Origin: Escherichia coli
GTDB lineage: Bacteria > Pseudomonadota > Gammaproteobacteria > Enterobacterales > Enterobacteriaceae
Strand: one strand, 5' to 3'
DNA length: 64,000 nucleotides
Assembly: GCF_003019035.1 (NCBI RefSeq)
Contig: NZ_CP027447.1
Shown: positions 41,018-51,419 of the stretch, one piece after another
Layout: each line of letters begins with the position of its first letter
Position numbering within the stretch: position 1 is the first letter of the stretch
Program-made: the position numbers and the translations under genes
Notes under the pieces: model-generated
The model's database searches: none
The model's input: the letters and a program-made list of their open reading frames with translations, nothing else
What the model was told of the DNA's origin: nothing

Positions 41018-44000
41018 TTACCATTTCACTGTCATCGACAAAAACCCTGCCGTCTGGGCAAAATCATCACTCCCTTTCTGCCACGCCACGCTACCACGCA
41101 GCGAAACTCGCTGACTGATATTGCCCGTTATTCCCACTTTTATTTCACCCCGTTGCTTCACCGCATCGTCACTGATAGTGCTGCCATCTTCTTCAATTTC
41201 CGTCGCATGGGGATCGTGATAATAATTCAGATCTAATGTTGGTATGACACCAACCGCGGTACGCCATTCGCTGTGTAAACCCAGCCGCGTTTGAATATCA
41301 TCACCCTGCGATTGTGACACCCGCGCATGGTTAGCAGCGGTGAAATCATCCTGCTGCACGCCCTGATAAATCACCTGCGCCTGTGGTTCAATCACCACTC
41401 CATGCCCCGGTAACCACTGATACCCGGCTTCCAGCGAGGCGATAATCCCCGATGAGTGGTAATGATCCGCGCCATCTTCATGTTCGGAAACATCATTGTT
41501 AAACCACGCGTATTGCAGCCAGCTATCCAGCCAGGCCCCCTGCTTCTGATTACCGTGCTGGAACCAGCTTGAGGTCAGACCAACGGCATAACCGTGGTTC
41601 TGGTTATCGGCGCGAGTTCCGGTCATATTCGAGCGGCTGTCGCCCTGGTTATCACTGTAGCCACCAACCGCCCCAAGCATCCACTCGCCATCCATGCCCC
41701 AGCGCCCGCTAAACAAGTCGCCGCTAAGCTGCACCGTAGAAGTGTCTTCATGCTGAGCCAGTTGCCCCGCTGCTGTGTAATGATAATCTCCGCCGATAAC
41801 ACGTAAATTCAGCGTCTGACCATCGCCACCAGCGTGATCGCGTCGCTCCATCACAAATGCCTGATTTGCCGCACGTAGGTTATTGAGATAGCCACCAACT
41901 TTGGCATTCAGCACCGGCTGGTAGGCAGGCGTAGGGGCTGGAGCCGGGTCGGGTGTTGGATCAGGATCCGGCGTAGGATCAGGATCTGGAGTCGGGTCTG
42001 GATCGGGCGGCGATGGTGGCGTTACTTCTTGCGATCGCAGATACCAGTCGTTGTTATCTTCCACCAGCGTGTAGTCATACGCTCCCATATTGACGTAGCC
42101 GCTGCCCGCCAGACTGAACTGCGCATTGTTTTGAAATTGCGTTGGATCGGCTGCGAAATCAACCACTTTAATGCCCGTAGATGTCGGCTCACCAATACCC
42201 GTAATGGGATTAATTACCACGGTCGTGTTGCCAGCAGTATTACCGTTCAACACCAGTTGGTCGCTTGCCGAGTCATCGCCGTTTAATTCGCTGTCGAGAA
42301 ACAACGTACCGCCACCGGTGTAATCACCGTTTACCGTGAGCGTGTCGCCAGCAACGCCATTTTGCAGACTGACAGCACCGGAAGTATTAGTTAGATCACC
42401 ATTGACCGTCACGTCTGAAAGATAAGTCAGGCTGTCAGTTTCAAGGTTGGTATTAAGCTCGCCTGTCAGCGTCACACCATCGGTGGCATTCACCAACGTA
42501 CCGTCGCCGCTAAACAGCGAGGCATCCAGCGCCTGGTTCGTATCCTGCTGCGTCAATCGCAACACAGTACCATCGGTTATGTCGATATCGCCGCCAGAGG
42601 TGGCATCGATTGAACGAATATCCTGATTTTGCCCGGTTTCAAAAACACCGTCTTCCCCCACCCACAGTGAAGAAACATAAGGAATAATATTCTCCGCTTC
42701 ACCTTTTAGCGTTCCGTCCTCCACACGTACCGCAGACGTCGCAGTGCCGCTGGCGGTCAACTCCAGCGTCCCGCCGCCACTTTTAGTCAACGTGCTTACG
42801 CTATCCAGTTGTTGCCCGGTACTATCCGCCATCAACCCGCCCCATTGCGTATCTACGCCATCCTCAACGTGTATTTCGCCATCAGCGCGCATTTCAATAT
42901 TCCTGCCCTGACCTGTTGTAGCCGAGCGAGTGTCAACATCAGTCGTCACATCCATTTCACTGTGTTGTTGGGGATCTGTGAAGATCACTGAACGGTTGTA
43001 ACTTGTGTCCCCCAATTGCGAATTATCGCTGACTTCAAGCGTACCGGAGGCGATTTGCGTATTACCGAGATAACCGTTGTTATTCGCCAGCGTTACGCGC
43101 TGATCCCCCGCATTAATGACGACATAAACGCCATTCTGGCTGGCATCACTGCCGCCAATATGTAAATCATCGCCACTGCTGATATCAACGACATCATTAC
43201 TACCAATCACTGTCCCCCCGCTGCCGCTGATTTGCAGACCGTCATTGTATGAGCTATCGCCATCCCAGGTGGTGAAATCAGAGAGATCCAATACTCCGCC
43301 ATTTAGCACGATCGATTGCGGATCGCTCTGCATTGCCCGTAAATCGGCCTGATTCCCCGCCAGCGACAATACGGCGTTATCTTCCACCACAATATCGCCG
43401 GTTAATGCCATCGACTGCGCCCCTGTCAGGAGATAGCTGCCATCTTGCGCTACCGTCAACTGTCCTTCACCCTGAATCGAGCCGGAAAAACCGCCCTGGT
43501 TTACGGTAACATTGCCGCCTGCGTCGATATTCAAAATGCCATTAGCAAAACCGGTTAATGAGTGCACAAACGTTTGTTGTGTATTGCCAACATTCAGTTC
43601 TGCCTGATACTCAGAATGAACAGTGCTGCCGACCATCAGACCAAAGCAATCCTGCGGATCGCTCTGACAGTGCGTGTCGCCGACATTCATTAACTCATCG
43701 CTGCGCCCCAACGTCACCTCGCCATTCTGGATACTCATCTCGCCGGTAAACGCATTATTGTCGGCATTGAGGACTAACTCTCCCGCTCCCTCTTTAACGA
43801 TGACTCCCGTTCCGGCAAGAGAATCAATCGCGCCATCGTTGCTGGTATTGCCTATTACCAGCGTTTTATCGGCGGCAATGTTAAATTCAGCCACACTATG
43901 ACCGATATACATAAAGCCCCCCGCCGCTGCCGTCGCCGAATGGTCATATCCCGAGGCGCTGTTATTTTCATCAATCATCACACCATTGTTTTGGTCATAA

Positions 44001-44782
44001 TTATCATCAACAGAAATATCAATAAGATACGGGGATGTGGTGCTGCTGGTATAAATTGCTCCGCCATAACCTTCTGCATAGTTATTGGTAAAGGAGGTAT
44101 TATTAATTATCGTTTTTCCTGAAAGATGTGTGTTATCCGTACTATTATCCGTAACATCAATGGCACCGCCGTCCCCATCACTATAGCTGGTTGATGTATA
44201 TGCCTGATTATTATCAAAAATGACATCACTTAAATAAATATCATTATTGATAGAATAAATAGCGCCACCTTTACCATCATTGGCGATATTATTCGCAAAT
44301 ATTGCATTAGTGATATTTAAATCCATATCACCGGCATCGTTTGTTCCCGCAGAATAGATTGCTCCGCCATAGCCTCCTGCAACGTTACTGTCGAAAATAA
44401 CATTCGCAAGATTTATCATTGAGTTTTCTTTAGCAAAGATAGCTCCGCCATTATTATATTCGCCACTAATCGAGTTATTAGCAAACAGGGTCATCCCTGT
44501 TTCATTTTGTGGTGATATCGTAAATTCAGCACTTTGCTGCAAAAATACGGCGCCACCGCTGGCATTATTGGCCATACCCGAAAAAATCACCCATTGCCCA
44601 TCGGCGATGCTCCAGTCCTGCGTAATGCCTGAAAGGCTTTGCCTGCTGGCCTGACAACTCGCTTTGATATCATATCCCTGGCATGAATCCAAAACCTCCG
44701 CGACACTGTTAACAGAGAAAAGAGATGCAATCATTGACGGGAGTAAAGATAAATACTCCTTGCGTAGAAAAATAATCCGCAT
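41018..44782 (-). CDS. yfaL: YfaL-type autotransporter adhesin (type Va secretion)
   Basis: 1254-aa ORF; N-terminal signal, Gly/Asn/Thr-rich passenger repeats, proline-rich PPSPPDPDPTPDPDPTPDPDPTPDPAPAPTP linker, C-terminal beta-barrel ending ...MTVKW. Confidence 0.88.
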   Translation of the reverse strand: MRIIFLRKEYLSLLPSMIASLFSVNSVAEVLDSCQGYDIKASCQASRQSLSGITQDWSIADGQWVIFSGMANNASGGAVFLQQSAEFTISPQNETGMTLFANNSISGEYNNGGAIFAKENSMINLANVIFDSNVAGGYGGAIYSAGTNDAGDMDLNITNAIFANNIANDGKGGAIYSINNDIYLSDVIFDNNQAYTSTSYSDGDGGAIDVTDNSTDNTHLSGKTIINNTSFTNNYAEGYGGAIYTSSTTSPYLIDISVDDNYDQNNGVMIDENNSASGYDHSATAAAGGFMYIGHSVAEFNIAADKTLVIGNTSNDGAIDSLAGTGVIVKEGAGELVLNADNNAFTGEMSIQNGEVTLGRSDELMNVGDTHCQSDPQDCFGLMVGSTVHSEYQAELNVGNTQQTFVHSLTGFANGILNIDAGGNVTVNQGGFSGSIQGEGQLTVAQDGSYLLTGAQSMALTGDIVVEDNAVLSLAGNQADLRAMQSDPQSIVLNGGVLDLSDFTTWDGDSSYNDGLQISGSGGTVIGSNDVVDISSGDDLHIGGSDASQNGVYVVINAGDQRVTLANNNGYLGNTQIASGTLEVSDNSQLGDTSYNRSVIFTDPQQHSEMDVTTDVDTRSATTGQGRNIEMRADGEIHVEDGVDTQWGGLMADSTGQQLDSVSTLTKSGGGTLELTASGTATSAVRVEDGTLKGEAENIIPYVSSLWVGEDGVFETGQNQDIRSIDATSGGDIDITDGTVLRLTQQDTNQALDASLFSGDGTLVNATDGVTLTGELNTNLETDSLTYLSDVTVNGDLTNTSGAVSLQNGVAGDTLTVNGDYTGGGTLFLDSELNGDDSASDQLVLNGNTAGNTTVVINPITGIGEPTSTGIKVVDFAADPTQFQNNAQFSLAGSGYVNMGAYDYTLVEDNNDWYLRSQEVTPPSPPDPDPTPDPDPTPDPDPTPDPAPAPTPAYQPVLNAKVGGYLNNLRAANQAFVMERRDHAGGDGQTLNLRVIGGDYHYTAAGQLAQHEDTSTVQLSGDLFSGRWGMDGEWMLGAVGGYSDNQGDSRSNMTGTRADNQNHGYAVGLTSSWFQHGNQKQGAWLDSWLQYAWFNNDVSEHEDGADHYHSSGIIASLEAGYQWLPGHGVVIEPQAQVIYQGVQQDDFTAANHARVSQSQGDDIQTRLGLHSEWRTAVGVIPTLDLNYYHDPHATEIEEDGSTISDDAVKQRGEIKVGITGNISQRVSLRGSVAWQKGSDDFAQTAGFLSMTVKW
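41930..42012. repeat. Short imperfect tandem DNA repeat inside yfaL encoding the (D/P)(P/T) linker
   Basis: Repeated ggatc(a/c/t)gg(a/c)gt(a/c/g)gg-type units visible across about 80 bp. Confidence 0.7.
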
Positions 44783-45315
44783 ATTAATCTGACCATCATT
44801 TTCTATAAGACGGCATATTTAATCGCATTATACGATATGGGTTATTTTTCTTTTGTAAATTGTTCAACCCGGTGCAATGGCTATTTTGTTATTATTTCAT
44901 GAATAATATCAGTGCGTCATAATTCAAGTTAATCACCTTAAGGGATATCAGTTATGTTTAAACTGAATTAAAGTAATGAATAATTTTCTTATAATATAAG
45001 GTAAATTAACAAAATGGCTTCGCATTTAACAACAACCGAAGAGAAAACAACCATTTCGACATCAACAATCGCTTACATTCGCTTATATATTGACCATAAC
45101 TGATACATCAGATTATGTGATGACTCGTGCTTAGATCAATTTTTGCAATCATTAGCCAAAAGATTAATAAACCATCTATATCAATTTATCTAACCTATTC
45201 TTCCGTTCAAGAAATCGCCGAACAGTTATTTTTAACAAATTTTTCTCTTCCCATTGACTTTCCCGGACACCTTGTCTGACCTAAGGTGCGCGAAAGCCAC
45301 TTTTTCCTTCCTGAG

Positions 45316-45324
45316 TTATCCACA
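45316..45324 (+). promoter_or_regulatory. DnaA box in the nrdAB promoter region
   Basis: Exact TTATCCACA consensus. Confidence 0.7.
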
Positions 45325-45353
45325 AAGTTATGCACTTGCAAGAGGGCCATTTT

Positions 45354-45400
45354 CACACTATCTTGCAGTGAATCCCAAACATACCCCCTATATATAGTGT
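45354..45400 (+). promoter_or_regulatory. Pair of NrdR boxes in the nrdAB promoter
   Basis: CACACTATCTTGCAGTG and CCCCTATATATAGTGT, partial palindromes of the acaCwAtATaTwGtgt type, centres about 31 bp apart and about 90 bp upstream of the nrdA ATG. Confidence 0.65.
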
Positions 45401-45477
45401 TCTAAGCAGCTTCCCTCACTACAGGTAGTCTGCATGAAACTATTGCGGAAAGAATTCCAAAAACAGGTACGACATAC

Positions 45478-47763
45478 ATGAATCAGAATCTGCTGGTGAC
45501 AAAGCGCGACGGTAGCACAGAGCGCATCAATCTCGACAAAATCCATCGCGTTCTGGATTGGGCGGCAGAAGGACTGCATAACGTTTCGATTTCCCAGGTC
45601 GAACTGCGCTCCCACATTCAGTTTTATGACGGTATCAAGACCTCTGACATCCACGAAACCATTATCAAGGCTGCCGCAGACCTGATCTCCCGTGATGCGC
45701 CGGATTATCAGTATCTCGCCGCGCGCCTGGCGATCTTCCACCTGCGTAAAAAAGCCTACGGCCAGTTTGAGCCGCCTGCGCTGTACGACCACGTGGTGAA
45801 AATGGTCGAGATGGGCAAATACGATAATCATCTGCTGGAAGACTACACGGAAGAAGAGTTCAAGCAGATGGACACGTTTATCGATCACGACCGTGATATG
45901 ACCTTCTCTTATGCTGCCGTTAAGCAGCTGGAAGGCAAATATCTGGTGCAGAACCGTGTGACCGGCGAAATCTACGAAAGCGCCCAGTTCCTTTATATTC
46001 TGGTTGCCGCGTGCCTGTTCTCGAACTACCCGCGTGAAACGCGCCTGCAATACGTGAAGCGTTTTTACGACGCGGTTTCCACATTTAAAATTTCGCTGCC
46101 GACGCCAATCATGTCCGGCGTGCGTACCCCGACTCGTCAGTTCAGCTCCTGCGTACTGATCGAGTGCGGCGACAGCCTGGATTCCATCAACGCCACCTCC
46201 AGCGCGATTGTTAAATACGTTTCCCAGCGTGCCGGGATCGGCATCAACGCCGGGCGTATTCGTGCGCTGGGTAGCCCGATTCGCGGTGGCGAAGCGTTCC
46301 ATACCGGTTGTATTCCGTTCTATAAGCATTTCCAGACAGCGGTGAAATCCTGCTCTCAGGGCGGTGTGCGTGGCGGTGCGGCTACGCTGTTCTACCCGAT
46401 GTGGCATCTGGAAGTTGAAAGCCTGCTGGTGTTGAAAAACAACCGTGGGGTGGAAGGCAACCGCGTGCGTCATATGGACTACGGGGTACAAATCAACAAA
46501 CTGATGTATACCCGTCTGCTGAAAGGTGAAGATATCACTCTGTTCAGCCCGTCCGACGTACCGGGGTTGTACGACGCGTTCTTCGCCGATCAGGAAGAGT
46601 TTGAACGCCTGTATACCAAATATGAGAAAGACGACAGCATCCGCAAGCAGCGTGTGAAAGCCGTTGAGCTGTTCTCGCTGATGATGCAGGAACGTGCGTC
46701 TACCGGTCGTATCTATATTCAGAACGTTGACCACTGCAATACCCATAGCCCGTTTGATCCGGTCATCGCGCCAGTGCGCCAGTCTAACCTGTGCCTGGAA
46801 ATCGCCCTGCCGACCAAACCGCTGAACGACGTCAACGACGAGAACGGTGAAATCGCGCTGTGTACGCTGTCTGCTTTCAACCTGGGCGCAATTAACAGCC
46901 TGGATGAACTGGAAGAGCTGGCAATTCTGGCGGTTCGCGCACTCGACGCACTGCTGGATTATCAGGATTACCCGATCCCGGCCGCTAAACGTGGAGCGAT
47001 GGGGCGTCGTACGCTGGGTATTGGTGTGATCAACTTCGCTTACTACCTGGCGAAGCACGGTAAACGCTACTCCGACGGCAGCGCCAACAACCTGACGCAT
47101 AAAACCTTCGAAGCCATTCAGTATTACCTGCTGAAAGCGTCTAATGAGCTGGCGAAAGAGCAAGGCGCGTGCCCGTGGTTTAACGAAACCACTTACGCGA
47201 AAGGGATCCTGCCGATCGATACCTATAAGAAAGATCTGGATGCCATCGCTAATGAGCCGCTGCATTACGACTGGGAAGCACTGCGTGAGTCAATCAAAAC
47301 GCACGGCCTGCGTAACTCCACGCTTTCTGCTCTGATGCCGTCAGAGACTTCTTCGCAGATCTCTAACGCCACTAACGGTATTGAACCGCCGCGTGGTTAC
47401 GTCAGCATCAAAGCGTCGAAAGACGGTATTCTGCGCCAGGTGGTGCCGGACTACGAGCATCTGCACGACGCCTATGAGCTGCTGTGGGAAATGCCGGGTA
47501 ACGATGGCTATCTGCAACTGGTGGGTATCATGCAGAAATTTATCGATCAGTCGATCTCTGCTAACACCAACTACGATCCATCACGTTTCCCGTCAGGAAA
47601 AGTGCCGATGCAGCAGTTGCTGAAAGACCTGCTCACCGCCTACAAATTCGGGGTCAAAACGCTGTATTATCAGAACACCCGTGACGGTGCTGAAGACGCA
47701 CAAGACGATCTGGTGCCGTCAATCCAGGACGATGGCTGCGAAAGCGGCGCATGTAAGATCTGA
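45478..47763 (+). CDS. nrdA: Ribonucleoside-diphosphate reductase 1 alpha subunit
   Basis: 761-aa ORF MNQNLLVTKRDGSTERINLDKIHRVLDWAAEGL... Confidence 0.97.
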   Translation: MNQNLLVTKRDGSTERINLDKIHRVLDWAAEGLHNVSISQVELRSHIQFYDGIKTSDIHETIIKAAADLISRDAPDYQYLAARLAIFHLRKKAYGQFEPPALYDHVVKMVEMGKYDNHLLEDYTEEEFKQMDTFIDHDRDMTFSYAAVKQLEGKYLVQNRVTGEIYESAQFLYILVAACLFSNYPRETRLQYVKRFYDAVSTFKISLPTPIMSGVRTPTRQFSSCVLIECGDSLDSINATSSAIVKYVSQRAGIGINAGRIRALGSPIRGGEAFHTGCIPFYKHFQTAVKSCSQGGVRGGAATLFYPMWHLEVESLLVLKNNRGVEGNRVRHMDYGVQINKLMYTRLLKGEDITLFSPSDVPGLYDAFFADQEEFERLYTKYEKDDSIRKQRVKAVELFSLMMQERASTGRIYIQNVDHCNTHSPFDPVIAPVRQSNLCLEIALPTKPLNDVNDENGEIALCTLSAFNLGAINSLDELEELAILAVRALDALLDYQDYPIPAAKRGAMGRRTLGIGVINFAYYLAKHGKRYSDGSANNLTHKTFEAIQYYLLKASNELAKEQGACPWFNETTYAKGILPIDTYKKDLDAIANEPLHYDWEALRESIKTHGLRNSTLSALMPSETSSQISNATNGIEPPRGYVSIKASKDGILRQVVPDYEHLHDAYELLWEMPGNDGYLQLVGIMQKFIDQSISANTNYDPSRFPSGKVPMQQLLKDLLTAYKFGVKTLYYQNTRDGAEDAQDDLVPSIQDDGCESGACKI

Positions 47764-47764
47764 T

Positions 47765-47905
47765 TTTGAGATGCCGGATGCGGCGTGAACGCCTTATCTG
47801 GCCTACGGCTCGGTTTGTAGGCCTGATAAGACGCGCCAGCGTCGCATCAGGCACAGGATGCGGCGTAAAATGCCTTATCCGGCATTAAACTCCCAACAGG
47901 ACACA
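47765..47905. repeat. REP/BIME palindromic units between nrdA and nrdB
   Basis: gccggatgcggcgtgaacgccttatctggcctac... and aggcctgataagacgcgccagcgtcgcatcagg palindromes; spurious ORF 47654..47854 and the 5' extension of the nrdB track ORF lie in it. Confidence 0.75.
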
Positions 47906-47908
47906 TTC

Positions 47909-49039
47909 ATGGCATATACCACCTTTTCACAGACGAAAAATGATCAGCTGAAAGAACCGATGTTCTTTGGTCAGCCGGTCAACGTGGCTCGCTACGATCA
48001 GCAAAAATATGACATCTTCGAAAAGCTGATCGAAAAGCAGCTCTCTTTCTTCTGGCGTCCGGAAGAAGTTGACGTTTCTCGTGACCGTATCGATTACCAG
48101 GCACTACCTGAACACGAAAAACACATCTTTATCAGCAACCTGAAATATCAGACGCTGCTGGACTCCATTCAGGGTCGCAGCCCGAACGTGGCACTGCTGC
48201 CGCTGATCTCGATCCCGGAACTGGAAACCTGGGTAGAAACCTGGGCGTTCTCAGAAACGATTCATTCCCGCTCCTATACCCATATCATCCGTAATATCGT
48301 TAACGATCCGTCGGTTGTGTTTGACGATATCGTCACTAACGAGCAGATCCAGAAACGTGCGGAAGGGATCTCCAGCTATTACGATGAACTGATCGAAATG
48401 ACCAGCTACTGGCATCTGCTGGGCGAAGGCACCCACACCGTCAACGGTAAAACCGTGACCGTTAGCCTACGTGAGCTGAAGAAAAAACTGTATCTCTGCC
48501 TGATGAGCGTTAACGCGCTGGAAGCGATTCGTTTCTATGTCAGCTTTGCTTGTTCTTTCGCATTTGCGGAACGCGAACTGATGGAAGGCAACGCCAAGAT
48601 TATTCGCTTGATTGCCCGTGACGAAGCCCTACACCTGACCGGCACCCAGCATATGCTGAATCTGCTGCGCAGCGGCGCGGATGATCCGGAGATGGCGGAA
48701 ATTGCCGAAGAATGTAAGCAGGAGTGCTATGACCTGTTTGTCCAGGCGGCACAGCAAGAGAAAGACTGGGCGGATTATCTGTTCCGTGATGGTTCGATGA
48801 TTGGTCTGAATAAAGACATCCTCTGCCAGTACGTTGAATACATCACCAATATCCGTATGCAGGCAGTCGGTTTGGATCTGCCGTTCCAGACGCGCTCCAA
48901 CCCGATCCCGTGGATCAACACCTGGCTGGTGTCTGATAACGTGCAGGTTGCTCCGCAGGAAGTGGAAGTCAGTTCTTATCTGGTCGGTCAGATTGACGCG
49001 GAAGTGGACACCGACGATTTGAGTAACTTCCAGCTCTGA
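47909..49039 (+). CDS. nrdB: Ribonucleoside-diphosphate reductase 1 beta subunit
   Basis: ORF track starts at 47858 inside REP DNA; the ATG at 47909 gives the canonical 376-aa [22 protein letters not shown]... Confidence 0.95.
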   Translation: MAYTTFSQTKNDQLKEPMFFGQPVNVARYDQQKYDIFEKLIEKQLSFFWRPEEVDVSRDRIDYQALPEHEKHIFISNLKYQTLLDSIQGRSPNVALLPLISIPELETWVETWAFSETIHSRSYTHIIRNIVNDPSVVFDDIVTNEQIQKRAEGISSYYDELIEMTSYWHLLGEGTHTVNGKTVTVSLRELKKKLYLCLMSVNALEAIRFYVSFACSFAFAERELMEGNAKIIRLIARDEALHLTGTQHMLNLLRSGADDPEMAEIAEECKQECYDLFVQAAQQEKDWADYLFRDGSMIGLNKDILCQYVEYITNIRMQAVGLDLPFQTRSNPIPWINTWLVSDNVQVAPQEVEVSSYLVGQIDAEVDTDDLSNFQL

Positions 49040-49293
49040 TGGCCCGCGTTACCCTGCGCATTACTGGCACACAACTGCTGTGCCAGGATGAACACCCTTC
49101 CCTTCTGGCGGCGCTGGAATCCCACAATGTGGCGGTTGAGTACCAGTGCCGCGAAGGTTACTGCGGCTCCTGTCGCACCCGACTGGTCGCAGGCCAGGTG
49201 GACTGGATTGCCGAACCGTTAGCTTTTATTCAGCCGGGGGAAATTTTGCCCTGTTGTTGCCGGGCAAAAGGCGATATTGAAATCGAGATGTGA
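49039..49293 (+). CDS. yfaE: YfaE 2Fe-2S ferredoxin (NrdB cofactor maintenance)
   Basis: 84-aa ORF with CREGYCGSC and CCC Cys clusters; ATGA overlap with the nrdB stop. Confidence 0.9.
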   Translation: MARVTLRITGTQLLCQDEHPSLLAALESHNVAVEYQCREGYCGSCRTRLVAGQVDWIAEPLAFIQPGEILPCCCRAKGDIEIEM

Positions 49294-49295
49294 AT

Positions 49296-49346
49296 TGGTT
49301 TTAACGCCAGATACGACGCTTATACGTCTTATCTGGCCTACAACGA
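49296..49346. repeat. REP-like palindrome between yfaE and inaA
   Basis: cgccagatacgacgcttatacgtcttatctggcctaca. Confidence 0.55.
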
Positions 49347-49997
49347 TTACATAGCGTAGTAATATGCTTTCACCTGCTCCCAGTCCGCTTTGGGGATCGG
49401 CTCCAGATATTTTTCCAGCTGGCGGAAGTCATGATTAATCGCTTTATCACGACGCAAGCGGCGACGACTTTTCTCCAGGTCAAGAAATCCAGCTTCTGCC
49501 TTACCTTCTGTTTTCACATAGATATGGCGAACATAACAACAGCCATGCTGACGATTAACGCTATGCATTTTCTTAAACGCCAGCGCCACTGCTTTCAACA
49601 TGGCTTGCCGTACTTCGTCAGAATAAGGCGATACTGCATGCCGGGCATACCAGTCAGCAATGCTGATGAACCCCGCCATATCTTCAGTCACCAGCAACGC
49701 GCGCCATTCCCCCTCAATTTTCACCGCTTCACCAAAAACGATCTTCGGCACGATGACACCAGCCCGTTCCAGTTCTTTAATTACCGCAACCTCACGGACA
49801 ATCGTTGGTCGACCGAACGGATAACGTACGGAATGAAACAGATGATGCGTCATGCGCTTTACATATAGCTTTTTGCCGTTGCGCTCGACGCATTGCACCC
49901 CGCTCATACCATTACGGCGATAGTTAGGCTCTTCAACCCAGTCGCCCTCTGTTGCCCACCAGTGATTAAATTCGTCGTGCTTTGCTGAAACTGCCAT
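49347..49997 (-). CDS. inaA: InaA, acid-inducible Kdo/WaaP-family kinase-like protein
   Basis: 216-aa ORF MAVSAKHDEFNHWWATEGDWVEEPNYRRNGMSGVQ... Confidence 0.9.
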   Translation of the reverse strand: MAVSAKHDEFNHWWATEGDWVEEPNYRRNGMSGVQCVERNGKKLYVKRMTHHLFHSVRYPFGRPTIVREVAVIKELERAGVIVPKIVFGEAVKIEGEWRALLVTEDMAGFISIADWYARHAVSPYSDEVRQAMLKAVALAFKKMHSVNRQHGCCYVRHIYVKTEGKAEAGFLDLEKSRRRLRRDKAINHDFRQLEKYLEPIPKADWEQVKAYYYAM

Positions 49998-50077
49998 ACC
50001 CTATCGCCTGTCATTTTTTATTTACGACAATGACTATAGGTGGTTACCTGCGAAAAATCTTAATGAAACGTGTCGTA

Positions 50078-51268
50078 TTAATGAATTTCTTTTGCCGCTA
50101 CTAGCATGACACCGCTTTTGCCCTTCATTTGCAGCGCATAGACTCCACCAGCCACTACCACTAATAGTGCACCCAGCAGATAAATCATTCGGTAGCCAGT
50201 ATGTGCAACCATCATCCCCATCACACAGGCTCCCAGCGCCAGGCCTGCATCCATCGCATTGAAGAAGAGGGAGTTTGCGACACCGATTTTATGCGGTTCC
50301 ACTGAACTGATAATCTGCGTCTGAAAAACTGGCGTCACGGAACCATACCCGATACCAATCAACGCGCCAGAAACAACCATCATTATGCTTCCCTGGGTGT
50401 AGCCGAGAACCACCAGTCCAACCGTAAAGAACACAAGGCAAGGGTAAACCACATATTTCGGTCCTTTTTTGTCGCAGACATTGCCGGTAAAGGTACGGCA
50501 GATCATCAGGAAGATAGCGTAGCAAAGCAGGAAATTACTGGCTGCCGACATCAGGTTAAGTTCGCGTGCATAAAGCGCCAGAAAAGCAGAAACCCCGGCA
50601 TACGAAAAGGTCATAAAAAAGGTGACCATCGCAAATGGCAACGCCGCGCGATCGAACATGGCGGCGAAGCCCATTTTCGGCGTTGAACCATCAGCATGGC
50701 TGATAACCGGCGGCACTGTCATAATCAGCGACAGAATAATCCCCACCGCTGCCACGCCGGTGCATAACCAGAAAGCCATATTAAAGGCCTCCCAGCGCGC
50801 CATATTCAGGCCAATCCACGGCCCGACCACCATTGCCAGCCCCATTGCCAGAGAGAAAAAACTGATGCCCTCCCCACGTCGGGAGGCCGGGATCAGCCGC
50901 GCGGAAATCGTTCCTTTTACCGTAGTGATAACCCCGAAGGTAATACCATGAAGCACCCGAATAAAAAGCAGTGATTCAATTGAGTGGCAAAAAGGATACA
51001 GCGCAGTGACCACCAAGAAGGCCAGAGAAGAGAGCCCCAGAATAGTTTTATTCGAATATTTGCCCACCCATTGCCCGGCAAAGGGGCGAATAACAATGGC
51101 GGCAATTAAAAATAAAGTCACCAACAAACCTGCTTTATCAGGAGAGGCATGCAAGCGGTCTGAGATATAAATTGGCAACAATGTTAGTAAAACATAAAAG
51201 ACGAAGAAAATAATAAAACTGATGATGGTTATTGCCCAAAAATCCTTCGTCCATAACTTCTCTTTCAT
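50078..51268 (-). CDS. MFS transporter (12-TM, efflux-type)
   Basis: 396-aa polytopic ORF MKEKLWTKDFWAITIISFIIFFVF...; divergent from the adjacent LysR gene. Confidence 0.8.
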   Translation of the reverse strand: MKEKLWTKDFWAITIISFIIFFVFYVLLTLLPIYISDRLHASPDKAGLLVTLFLIAAIVIRPFAGQWVGKYSNKTILGLSSLAFLVVTALYPFCHSIESLLFIRVLHGITFGVITTVKGTISARLIPASRRGEGISFFSLAMGLAMVVGPWIGLNMARWEAFNMAFWLCTGVAAVGIILSLIMTVPPVISHADGSTPKMGFAAMFDRAALPFAMVTFFMTFSYAGVSAFLALYARELNLMSAASNFLLCYAIFLMICRTFTGNVCDKKGPKYVVYPCLVFFTVGLVVLGYTQGSIMMVVSGALIGIGYGSVTPVFQTQIISSVEPHKIGVANSLFFNAMDAGLALGACVMGMMVAHTGYRMIYLLGALLVVVAGGVYALQMKGKSGVMLVAAKEIH

Positions 51269-51419
51269 ACCCTACCGCCTGTCAGGATGACGCACGCAGA
51301 CAACACTCCCGTTACTGCGGTTGCGTCAAATTGTGATGTACTTTGCAGAACAGAAGTATAAATGGCGGCATGCTATTAGAGAAATTAATCGTTTTAATAT
51401 TATTGATTAGCAAACTCTA

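Noticed and set aside
41930-42012. Possible CRISPR-like repeat array
   Set aside because: Repeat units are under 20 bp, contiguous with no spacers, and lie in-frame within yfaL; this is a coding tandem repeat, not CRISPR.
45388-47265. 625-aa ORF on the minus strand
   Set aside because: Lies entirely antisense within nrdA; arginine- and valine-rich low-complexity translation typical of a shadow ORF opposite a highly expressed gene.
49998-50077. Mar/Sox/Rob box in the inaA promoter
   Set aside because: inaA is a known member of that regulon, but I could not identify a convincing match to the degenerate marbox consensus by eye in this 80-bp interval.
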